This document shows, in pieces, positions 49,353 to 61,284 of a DNA stretch of 64,000 nucleotides; the first letter of the stretch is position 1; every line of letters begins with the position of its first letter. The position numbers and the translations under genes were made by a program. The notes beneath the pieces are model-generated. The model worked only from the letters and a program-made list of their open reading frames with translations. It did no database searches and was not told where the DNA came from. Source of the DNA: Amphiscolops sp. MND2022 (taxonomy: Eukaryota). The stretch covers positions 44,640,001-44,704,000 of the forward strand of contig OZ076419.1 of assembly GCA_964187785.1 (NCBI GenBank). The letters are read 5' to 3'.

Positions 49353-52300
49353 AATGGTGTTAAAACAGTCATGTCATTCGGATCATCTGATGATGGTACT
49401 AGGGGCCTTGAATTGAGTTTGCTCTAAATTTGCGCGAGGAGAGTCAAGAAATTTTCAAGATGGAAAGTGTGAGTTTTCATTATCCTGCGGAGATGGTGCT
49501 TCAGTGATTCAATGCCAGCCTACCAGAGACCACCGAAATGGGGTGCTCGAGCTGGCATCAGGAACCAATCGGTTCCAAGTTGAGAGAAGTCATTGCTTAG
49601 CTCCAAAATGTCTTTGCGAGCAGCAACAAAAGTTGTGGCATTGTCCGAGTAAAGTTGTGCTGGTACACCCGGCGGGCAATAAAACGCTTGATGGCATTAA
49701 CACAAGATTTTTTCGTCAACGACAACATTACCTCTAATTGAATTGCTTTAGTCGTAAAACATACAAAAATAGCTAAGTAAACTTTAGAAAATTGAGGCGT
49801 CTTGACATCTATTGAACCGGTAAAATCAATCCCGGTTATTGAGAAAGGCTGAGACTCTGTGAAACGCTCAGTAGGCAGGAATTTCTTCAGCAATTGTGAC
49901 TTTGAATTGTAAAACGTCTTTGTTTGGCAACCAAGATGCTCCGAGAGTTTTAACGATGTAATCTTTACTTTCGACAACTGAATCATCATCGGACTCGCGA
50001 TAATACTTGTCCAAACACTTGATAAGTTCTGACTTGTTCGAGGTTCATTTGCGTAAATCAAAACCTCCAGTTTTCAAAGCTGCGATTAGATCTTTTTGAA
50101 TTTGGAAAGCTTCTTTTAAGGAAAAACAACGGCTAAGAAGATCGTCCACGTAAATATCATTTTTGATTATTGTTCTAAGAACTGTGTCAGCTAACTTTTC
50201 AGCAATAACAAAAAGAGCTGGAATGGAATAATACGACGAAGGAACAAGACCGTAAGTAACTCTGGTTATTCTCAAATGTTGCATTGGCTCTGCACTATTC
50301 TCGCGCCAAAGTATTCTTTGGAAATCTTTGTCTTCATCGGTTAATATAACTTGTCGATACATCTTTGCAATATCAGCAGAGAACACTATAGGATAAAACC
50401 TGAATCGTAAAAGAATTGCCAAAAGATCGTTCTGAATTTTCGGGCCGACCATCAAAATTTCGTTCAAAGAAGTTCCTGTTGACGTTTTCGCAGAAGCGTC
50501 AAAAACTACTCTCAGTTTAATCGTTTTACTGCTATCTTTCAGCACACAATGATGCGGTAGATAAAAAACCTTTTCTGAAGAAATCTCGATTTGTTCTTTT
50601 GGCACTTCTTCCATATGACCTAATTCGATGAACTCGTTTATGAAAGCCGAATTATTTGCTTTGAGGCCTTTGTCTTCCTTGAGTTTTTCCTCCAGACTCA
50701 GAAATCGTTTTTGTGCGTTGCATAATGAATAACCCAAGTTCGAACTGTTCTCTTTGAATGGCAACTTTACAACAAAACGATCATGGTCATCCCTGCGGGT
50801 AGTCTGGGTGAAGTGATCTTCACAAAAAACTTCTCTTGTTTTTGTTTGATGTTGAGGTACGTCTTCTAATTGCCAAAACTTTTCTAAATGTGAAGGACTA
50901 CTTTCAACATGGAATATTTGTAAAGTACTGCTTGAGGTATCTGATGAATTTACGGATCCTATAACAACCCATCCGAAATTTGATTCTCTCAGATGTAAAG
51001 ATTTGGTCATTTGAATTTTTCTCTCCAACATAAACTGTTCGACAACTTCGGCCCCAAGCACAATGTCTATCGGACCTGCTTTGTAAAATTCTGGATTTGC
51101 CATGTTCCAATGCTCGAACTTTTTCCATGAATCATCCTTTAGGATGGTTTGGTTAGGAAGGAATCCAGTCAACCTTGGTAGTACTAAAGCTTTCGAATTA
51201 ACACATTCCTTGGAACTTTTAACACTGAAATGAAAACTAGAAGGATTCGAGAAATTCACATTTCCGCCATTTCCGCTAACTTTTACGTTCAAATGCTCCT
51301 GTTTGAGATTCAATTTTTTCGCACAAGACTCTGTGATGAGATTTGCTTGTGCTCCTGTATCGAAGAGAGCACGACATGGGACTGTAACACCACCTAAACC
51401 AACAACTTGAATGACTGCAGTGGGTAAAAGAACATGACTTTTGTCGCTATTGAAAGCAATGTTGACGTTTTCGGATGCTTCTGTTGTATTGGTTTCCACT
51501 TCATTGAAACGATGGAGTAAAGAATGATGACCTCTTCCACAATGTTTACAACAAGAACTCTTACAAGCCGTTATCATATGTCCAGGTTTCAAACAATTGA
51601 AACACAACGCATGACGCTTGATTAGGTCTGTTTTATCAAAGGAAGATAAGTTTTTGAACTTTGGACAGGTGAAATTTTTGTGCTTTTCGCCACAACATTC
51701 ACAAAAAGTTTCTTCGCTTGCTGTATAAACTTGGGTTCTTGGTTGTGTTGTATGAGCACTTTTCGGGGTTTTTTCAATCTCTCGTCTGTCTTTTCGAATC
51801 CTCGTTACACTTTCGGCAGCTTCTAGGCCGCGACATCTGTTGTGTAAAAACGTTTTTAACCGATTGATAGTTTGTTGATCAGTACCAGGAGTTGCAATCT
51901 CCCATTCTTGTCCTCTTACGGACTAAGCTTTTCAATGACTATGTAAAGCAAAAAGAGATCTTGTTCTCCAACATTATGACCCAGGTTGGATAAAGCTAAT
52001 CTGTGTTCTTCGACTGATTCAATTAACAAATTCAGTGATTTGGAATTTTCTGTCACTTCATGAGGAATATTCACAATGCTTTTGACATTTGCACGGGAAA
52101 TGAGGCGAGGATTAGAATAACGGTTTTTGAGAATTTCTTTAGCTCTTTCATAATTGGTGTCACTTATTGTGACAGAGGATAATAGTTTAGCTGCATCACC
52201 TTTCAAGCTGGCTTTTAGATAATGTAACTTCTGTGAGTTGCCTTACTTTGAATTTGTTTCATCAGAACCTTGAAAAAGATCTATGAAACTCATCCAGTCT

Positions 52301-53142
52301 GTGTAATTCCCAGAAAACGTTGGTAAACTAATCTTTGGTAACTTTAAGCCTGTTGCATCTGTATTTAGGAAAGGAACTTGTACTTGGAAGAGAAGACTCT
52401 TTGCACTGCTTAACTTTTGTATAAAACGATTTATATTGTCAGCATTGTCACTAATCCTGTCATTCAATTCTGTACTTTCAACGTCATTGTCAAAAACTTC
52501 TAATCCCAACAGAGATTGATTTTTTTCGTCTAGATCTTGTAATTGGAGCAAATTAGCTTTGAGGCGAGTCTCAGCTCGTTCTAACTTGATCAGATCTTGC
52601 TCTGATATCGTTGTTAGTTCTTGATCTAGTAACAACTCTACTTCGGTGTAATATCTTGTGGCAATGCCTCGATGTGCCGCTCTTGATTGTTTCTTGGCTT
52701 CAATTGCTGTCATTGATCAGGCAATAGTTTTCACACGTGGTAGACTTTTGAATAATAACGGTAACTAAGCTCAAAATTGTGATAATTTTGTTTCGAAGGA
52801 ACTTGGATAACTGAAAAAAGTGAATCAAAATTTGGCTTGTGTCAGTAGGTGTAATGAACCGGAGAAAACCTATGCTTGGCTTTCCCAAGATGCAAGAGGA
52901 ATGAAAATCTGGAGAAATACTAAGCTTTCATGGTGTAAACTGTGGGTTTTCCTGTGTTGTCTGTAGCTGTTTCGACATCTTTTTGTGGGGCGCCATTATG
53001 TTTTTGGTTCTTTTAGTTACTATTTGTTTAGTTGCTGAGCTTAAGTTGGACTATTCTTAAAAGCTGCGTTTTTTACAAACTTGATTGAGAAGTAGAAATA
53101 AAACCAATGAATATTACATCAACTAAATGATTAGTCATAACA
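49353..53142 (-). mobile_element. BEL/Pao element B, antisense, RNase H deleted and 3'-truncated
   Basis: Candidate LTR 53142-52999, PBS-like TGGCGCCC. Motifs LKLPKISLPTFSG, CFNCLKPGH..CKHCGRGHHSLLH, LFDTGAQ, YLPHH, YVDDLL, then directly integrase GIDFTGS..FVCFTTKAIQLE..LNSRPL. Confidence 0.88.
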
Positions 53143-54385
53143 TGAGTGATAGCTTCAAACTCATGTAAAATAGTCATAACAGCGATCTTTGGTCGGAAGG
53201 AAATGGCTCTCGCCTTGTATGCGTTGGTCAAAGCAGATCAGATGGCACACTTCGAAGACGAGTTCAAAGCCATCTCAAAAGGAGAGCTCGATGGCACCCC
53301 TCTATCCATTCATGGACAACGGCGTCATCAGGCTTGGCGGCAGATTAGCCCACGGGTACTCAATGACTGACGATCAGCGGTTCCCTTTACTGGTGTCACA
53401 CCGAAGCAAATTGGCTACGCTTGCAACCAACGATGGCCACAAACGAACCCTTCATGGTGGTCATACAGTAACAGTGGCAGAGATGAGATGTCAAATCTGG
53501 GTCACTTAGGCAATGAAGAAGGCGTCAGCGTGTATCAAGAAGTGCGTCACGTGCTTCCGCTTAAACTCAGAGCCAACACAGCAGCTCATGGGTGACTTGA
53601 CTTCCAGTCGCATTGAGGTTCCCGAACGTGATTTCTCTTATGTGTGCCTCGACTTCACAGGACCTCTAACATTCAAAAATGGAACTGAATGTGTCAAGGG
53701 TTACGTAGCTGTGTTTATATGTTTGGCTTCAAAGGCAGTTCATCTAGAGGCAGTATCATCATTGACGTCAGATGCGATGGTGGTAGCCCTAAGACGATTC
53801 ATTGCAAGACGAGGCATCCCCAGTCAAATTGTGTCTTACAATGCAACCAACTTTGTGGGTGCAAGGCGTGACCTCATCGAATTGGAGGAAGTGGTTCGGG
53901 CAGGGACACAATCATACAGCAGCATTGAATAGCTATCCATTCCTCCTCGCTCACGCAACTTCGGTGGACTATGGGAAGCAGCGGTGAAGTCAAAGAAGCA
54001 CCACTTGCGAAGAGTTATGGGCATTTCGAGGAAATGAGAACCATTCTATGTCAAATAGGACAAGTGTTGAACAATCGTCCATTGATGGCTCTCACAAATA
54101 ACCCAGATGACATCTTTGGTGCTCACCCCGTCAATGCTAGTCATTGGCAGCCGATTGGAGGCTATCCCACATGCCTATTTGCAAAAGATGGATGTCCGCG
54201 GGCATCCACTAAAACGATTTCGTGCGCTTCAACAGCTGCTCTCTCAATTCTGGAAGCGATGGTCCTCTGGTATGTAGCATCACTTCAGCCGTGAAGCAAA
54301 TGGCGGCAAGAACGTGCAAACCTCTCAGGTGATGACATGGTACTGATCACAGACGACGGCATTCCATCACCACATTCTTGGGTTT
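53143..54385 (+). mobile_element. BEL/Pao integrase region (probable 3' half of element A), degenerate
   Basis: GVIRLGGRL, HKRTLHGG, CVTC, LDFTGP, FICLASKAVHLE, RRFIARRG, NATNFVGA, LNNRPL, and a C-terminal W...GDDMVLITDD segment. Confidence 0.88.
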
Positions 54386-56229
54386 TTTTGTCAAATCTGT
54401 TTCTCGGTCTGATGAAATTGGGATTTTGTACTTGTTTTTTTTTCGTTCTTTCCATCGTCGTGGATTGATTTTGTCCCGATTGTTCGGACATGTTTGGGTC
54501 GGTCTTCATTTTTTGATATTTCTTTTATCTTGCTGATTTCGCCATGTAATAGACTGATTTAAAGATCCACTAAAAAGTTGAATTAAAATTACGATGTAAC
54601 AATGACCAAAAGCTTCTGTATCGTATTCAATCCAAATGTAATTATTGTGTAGCACATTTACATTAACATAAGAGAGTATTGTCTTTTTTGGCAGATATTG
54701 GTCAGTCTAGACAGTTGATTTTTTCACTACAACACTGAAATTATTCATTTTTGGGAAAGTTATTTTATATATTCAACAATGCCGATATACTAGTTGAAAA
54801 TGGTGAAACTTTTTACTGGCTTAATTAAAAAAAATTTTTTTTCACAACAGAAAGTCAGCTTCTACCGGAATAGTTTTTCGTTTGAACAAAGCATTTTTCA
54901 CACATCTGATTTCTGAGTTGTCATCCTGAGAACAAACATAAAATTTAAGGTATCTACCTATTTCCGTGTTCTAAAATTTTCGCAAAATTAAAACAGAAAA
55001 GAACCCTGGAATAAGACAAAAGCTACCCTCACAGGGGGACGCTCTCACTAACATTTTGCCTGTCTTAGCCTTATCAAATTTCCCTTCCAAGTCTTTTAGG
55101 ATATGGATCCCATGGCGAGATGCCTTTTAGGAATATATTAGAGTAAATCATACATTCAAGATCGAAATTTGCCAAAATTGAAATCTGATTAGGAGTTCTT
55201 GAAAAGAGTTTCACTTTTGTTCAAACTTCTTGCCAGATATTCATGGGCCTATTTCAATGTAGATAAATGTTTTCTGCTAAAATGGAGATTTTGAGGTTCA
55301 ATGCAGAGTTTGCATTCAATTGTTTCAAGTGAACAAGTCTTCATTTCCAAGCAAAACTAGGCCCTATTGCAAAGGTTTGACATTTTTCGAGTGGCTGAGA
55401 AAAATTGTTTGTTTTTAATAATTATTTGGGAGATAAGATTTATTAGAAAAGAGACAAATAACACCATTTTCTGAATCACAAAATGGGGGACGTTTGGGTA
55501 GACAATGTATGTGGCTCATGCGGCCAGCTTGATTACAATAATCTTTGGATTTTATAGGACAAATTAAAAAAAACTAAGAAAAAAACGGCGAAAAGCTTGA
55601 AAGACGGTTCATTTTCACAATTTGCTTACTGGTTCAAGACTGTCTTCTGATTTCATAGAAAAGTTAGTAACATCTGATATTTGCCTTCAATATAGAAAGC
55701 GAGAGGTAACAGGAAAGGAGATTTTCCGCTTCCACGAGTTTGTAGAGCTTTGTGAAAATATTGAAAAGGTAACTTGATAGATGATTGTGTGATTTTATGT
55801 GATGTGATGAAAGTGATGTGAAGTGTTTGATATATGAAATCTAATTGGAATGGAAAACTTGAAAATGAAAAAAAAATCAAAATAAAAAACGTATTTGGGT
55901 TAAATCTGATTGTTGAAACATATGAGGTTTGAATTGGAAAAAAGTCAGAAAATATTTTGATGGACAAAGCAAAGATAGTTCGTTCGATAAGACTTTGAAA
56001 ATAAAGCCCAGGAAAGCATTTTCAAGAAAAAAATCGAGGATAGATGATATATAGTAAACATTGCATTTGGGTAAAATATAATTGTTTTCAGCAACATATT
56101 GGGGTTAGTTCTGAAAAAATGCCCAGGAAAGCATTTTTACGAAAAAACCTTGATAGTTGGATAAGACCAAGGTTGTGTGTTTTAGATAGTGAAACCAAGC
56201 AGGGCCTGTTTATCAAAAAAGTTTCGCCA

Positions 56230-56415
56230 ATGTGTGACTGTGGCGGGGGTCATCATCACCACAGACGCCATCGTCACCACCACCATCACGTGACGTCAGA
56301 GGACGGTTATCGTCCAATCAGCGACGCCTTCTCAATCGGCAGCTTCCTCAGGACATTCGTGTTCATCTTCGTCATTTGGGCGTCAATTGGTCTTGTCGAG
56401 TACCTGGATGCTTAG
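56230..56415 (+). CDS. 61-aa MCxC, His-rich small membrane protein, paralog 3
   Basis: MCDCGGGHHHHRRHRHHHHHVTSEDGYRPISDAFSIGSFLRTFVFIFVIWASIGLVEYLDA*. Acceptor at 56185 and TTG|GTAAGA just after the stop. Confidence 0.6.
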   Translation: MCDCGGGHHHHRRHRHHHHHVTSEDGYRPISDAFSIGSFLRTFVFIFVIWASIGLVEYLDA

Positions 56416-58345
56416 TTGGTAAGAAACTTTGGATCTTTTATGTTACCCCCCCCCCCCCCAGCGTACTGGCTGAAAAAATATTTTCCCCCTTCAACATTCC
56501 ATGTGTTAGGATAAGAATCGTAGTATATGACTCACTTCCTAATGACTCACTTCTAAATGACTCACTTCTCATCAATGAATGGGGGGGGGGGGGGGTTTGG
56601 GGATAACAAATTTGCTGGGCGAAAAAGTTTCTGAAGTTGAAAGCATTGACGACTTTTTTTCTGAAAAACTAAACTTCAGACTGACTGGCGTGAGTAAAAG
56701 CAAATCCTTTTCTCTAACACAAGTTAACATCAATTAGGATAGTTGTTTGTTTGAATAAAACTCTTTTCACAGTTTGACTGTGATTGTGTTCGAATTGACT
56801 GTTTTCTTTGTGACTCAAATTGTGTTTTCTGTAAATGCGTAAAATTTCGAGTGGAACCTATCTTTTGTTTTTCCATTTAAAATAGCTTCTGAAACTTTTG
56901 TTGAGAAATTTTTGGGGGTTTGGGTGTCGGAGGGAAGGGGTAAAAAAGCGTCTCTCATGGACAATAGGATTTTTCACTTAAAAATTAATAAAATAATAAT
57001 AAAATAATTTATATAAAGAGGTCTTTAGTAATCGTCTTACATATACACGGAACAGATGATAGAATTCTCAGTATCTCAAATTCTAGTTCAAACTGATCTT
57101 CTAACAATGACGTCATTGATTCGTTTCAGAAAAAAAAGACTGCGATATAAAAAGAGCAAAAGACCTGTAAAAAACAGTGAAGAGCAGATAAAGACCATGG
57201 ATCCAATTAAATGATGGCGTTTGGATAACTAATTGCAACTAAGCCTGGAAACCAAGTTGAACTGAAACAAAACTACCTTACATATCTTTGATATGCCAAC
57301 TTCCCATACAAAAATTAATTTATGCATTGCATATTTTTAGCACAGAAAAAATCTAAAAGCATGATTAGCAAAATTTTAAAAAGCTGGAAAAAGTCGAAAC
57401 ATGATGCATGTCCAATGCCCGTGATTGAAGTTGCTGATAGTTCCCAAATTAGAGCAATGATAAATCTGATACATTATTTGACTGCAACAGATCAGTTGCA
57501 GTGTGGTGTGGATTCTTCACATCGATTACATTACGTGGGTTTTCAAGAAATGAGGGAAGTGGAGTGAAACAATTTTCTGGATTCTTGCACTAATACCTGC
57601 GTAACCTGCGAAGAAACAAAATTTTCACTGTTTTCCTGAATTCTTGAAATTTTGTGGATTCTTCGTTTCAGCAATTATTAGCAAATATTAGTTTGCGGGG
57701 ATTTTTCACTAATTAGGTCACTTATTTGAGTTACTAAATTTTTGTAAGTAACTGGGCGAAGTGAGCAATGCACTCTAGGCAATGTTGTCGTAAATCGCAA
57801 CCAATAACAGAAAAAAAACAGTTTGATGTACTATTCAGGTTTATAGATTTTCATTTTCCCGCCGTTATGAACCAATGTACGTTTTTCGTCAATTTTCAAA
57901 CTCCAGAACAAACGCTGGCAAAGGCGCAAAATTTGGATCACCTGGGACTAGCCCAAAATTTATCTCAAATCTATTTGAGGTTTCTTCCGAAAATCTTCCG
58001 AAGTTTGACAAAATGCCTGTTTAAGCAAAAGTGCCCGAAAGTTTCAAGTTCTTTGAAAACAACGAACGAGACTGGCAAAGAATGATCAATCACGGAAATC
58101 CAAATGTACTGATTTTAAAAAAAATCATTTACTTGACGAAGTTTATTTGCCAAGAACTTTTGACAAGAATCGCAAAACGATAAACCATTGTTTTATGTTA
58201 ATAGTTCTCATTTTGAAGCGTTGCGAAGTCCATTTTTCCAAATTTTCAATATTTCCAGCTCACCGGGCGCTTTTGTTTGGTATGTTCAGTTTCCAATGTT
58301 CAATTTTATATTGAATTTTATTTATGTTCAATTTTATATTGAGTT

Positions 58346-59144
58346 CCCATGTTGAGCTTTCCTTGAGAATCTGTATAGATCTGTTAGCCTTTCTTCCTTG
58401 AGGATCTATAAAGATCGTGCCACTGCTACGTAAGGACAATTGCAGATGTGCAATGATCTTTGAGGATGTTCAAGGATTTTCTGTACAGATTGTTCAGGAA
58501 ATTTTTTCGCAGAGCTTCTGGGAAACAATGTATTGCATTTTTGGCTTCAACAAGTATTTTTGCTGACCAAGGCTCAGTCAGTTGAAAATCTCCATCACTC
58601 AAAATTCTTGAGCAGAAACTTGTCCCCATCAAGGTAATTTTGGTGTCTGGAGAATGTTTGGTATAGGTTTTGAACGGTAATTTATCTATTTCACTCGAAC
58701 TTTCCAGCAGTGATTGATCGTTGGCGATATTGACTTCGATTTGGCGGATGTAATTATACATGTGGCTACCGTCTGGGTTGGTAGAGGTGTTGATAAAGGA
58801 ATGTGGTTGTAATATTCCGGGAACATGGTTAGCTGGAGTAGTTTTAGTAATTGCTGGAAACTTGGAATACGTTATAGTAATTTATTGGTCATTTTTGTAT
58901 GGTTAATTTACGACCAATCCTGGAATATCTGTCAGGATCTGTAATAATGATCTGTACAGATTCGCACAGAAACTTTTTATCAAAACTTTAACTAGGAGGC
59001 GTGTGTATCTTGTAGAGCACTTTTTATTCAACTAATTTCAATTTCAAAACTGTTAAAATGACTAGTTAATTTTCGAAAAATCCTGGATTATCTGTCAGGA
59101 TCTGTACAGATCTGTGCATATTCGCAGGGAGTGCTCAACATGGG
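58346..59144. mobile_element. 799-bp non-autonomous TIR element (CCC..GGG, TT flanks) enclosing a 111-codon ORF
   Basis: TT|CCCATGTTGAGC...GCTCAACATGGG|TT; imperfect IR extends ~40 bp; internal GATCTGTACAGATC repeats. Confidence 0.65.
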
Positions 59145-61284
59145 TTTCCAATGTTCAAATTTGCAAAATGATGCAGCCCTCGTGAATTTTCAAGACTTTA
59201 AACTATGTCGATATTTTGACCAATTTTCAAAACAGAACATGAACAGCTTTCAACATCTGAGTGCTGTGTTAGAAATAGACACCAATGTTCACTGTTGACT
59301 AAAAAGTAAGAATTGATGAGCCAAAGTGAACGGATGTCTAGACAACGTACACATTGAATGCAAAACCACTAGCTTTGTCAGACCTGTCAGATCCGTGAGG
59401 CTTCAAGTCTGAGTTATTTTTTGTGATTTTGAATGAAAATTGGGAACAAGTCAATTTAGCCACCGGGAGACAAAGTTTTTGAAAGTTGGTCCGAATCTGC
59501 GAGGAAAACCTAACACCTCAGTCACTATTAGTTGTAGTCGACGCATTTCAGTAGAAAATGAGTTACAGTGGCAAGTTTTTCCGTCAGATAACAGAATGTA
59601 TGCGAATTAGACCTTTTTCAAGGTTCCCTTTCAATTTTGTAATTTTGTTTGATACTTTGCAACAAATTGGATGTTGAAAAAGTACAGCCATAATTACAGT
59701 CCCTTTTACATTTATTCGCATTGTGATTTTTTTTCTTTCCCAAATGATTATTTGGGAACCGCTATAACCTAAGGTTTAAGCACGCTATAACCGAAGGTTT
59801 GACGATATATTCAAAAATTTTGCGCTATATCCAAAGTTTTGGTTTCAAAGACTGGCGTTTCTCATGTATAATGTGACTTTCTCATCTGTTTTTATCGGAG
59901 CCTTCCTTCGATTTTTACTACAAACGAAACAGATTGCAACCATAGATGATTCCTTAGGGTTTTCGACACTATAGCAGTTAACCGGAGATACTTTTTTGAA
60001 AAAAGTTCCCAAAAAAAACGAAAAGTTTAACTATCTTTCCTTTTTTAAAAGTGAAGTTTCCTTAATAAATTTTGAGGAATTTTTCAGAATTATCATCGAA
60101 AATTTTTGATATTATCCGAAATTTCGACGTTATATCCGACGTAAGTTGCGTGTCACAAAAGAGGTCGAGGGTCGGAAACACTGCGCTCTATCCGAATTAT
60201 GAAGTTACATCCGAAGTAAAGTGCCTTTTACTAAGGACGAGGGCGAGGTTTGAAAGAACGCTCCCATATGGACCAGCACACCATTTCCGAATGTTTGGAG
60301 CGTTTTCCCAGCACGAAAGGCACTTTGTTGGCGTATCGACGCTTTTGGTGATTTTTTCATGGTTTTCGCAAGTCCTCAGCATACTTTTGGAATTTTGTGC
60401 TCTTCAAGCTTTGAATGTAGAGCTGACCTGACACGTTACCGTCTTGTTTCCATAGCACTCCACTAAACTACACACTAAAGTAAACAGTTAGAGGTGAAAT
60501 GATTCGCACCTACTCATCCAAGTTGCGACCTGACGTGCCGACCAATACACTACAGATCCCATATTTCAGCAATCTGTCCAGACTAATTAACCAAATTACC
60601 AGTAAATTAAAGGTTGCCGAATTTCTAAGTCTTATAGTGATCCACACACAGTTGATGACGGTCAATAATACGAACGGGCTTGGAAAAGATTCTTCCAAAC
60701 GATCAATGGAATATCTAAGACATTACGCAGTCAACTTTGTCTTTATGAAAGATATTATAACATGCGATTCGAAACGAAATAACATGATGCCTATTGTGTA
60801 GTTCCTATATGACTTGAATTAATTTTGGTTGGTTGATGATGTAGGTTGAAAGCTCAAAAAGAAGCTGATGTCTGAAGAAGAAAGTAAAAATGGTTGAAAC
60901 GCGTTTTGTTGGTTACACAAGAAATACGGAATGGAGAGTGTCAGGGGTCGTTTCCACTTTAGGGACAGATGCAACAGAATTGTGTGTAAAAGAAAGGTCA
61001 AGTGCGGAGGTTAGGTTGGATGTGACTGTTGACTCATCAAAAATGTGTTCTACTCAACAGATAGCCAAGCGTTTGATAATACTCCTTCTATCTTTCCCCT
61101 ACAATGATACTTCATAATAATCCAACAACCCACAACTTCTAATTTAACCTTTCCTTTACATCATCAAACCGTTCCTCCTTTACCAACAATCCCTCATTGA
61201 CAACCAGGAACAACTCAACCTCCCTCTTCCTATTTCTCTGCCTCCTGTTACTTCTTACCCTTTCACTTCACAATCAGCTCTCAA

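Noticed and set aside
56527-56571. 3 x 15-bp repeat with TGACTCA (AP-1 site)
   Set aside because: Too small to separate from ordinary slippage; no supporting context.
57750-57780. Helitron 3' end
   Set aside because: No convincing hairpin plus CTRR or matching 5' TC end.
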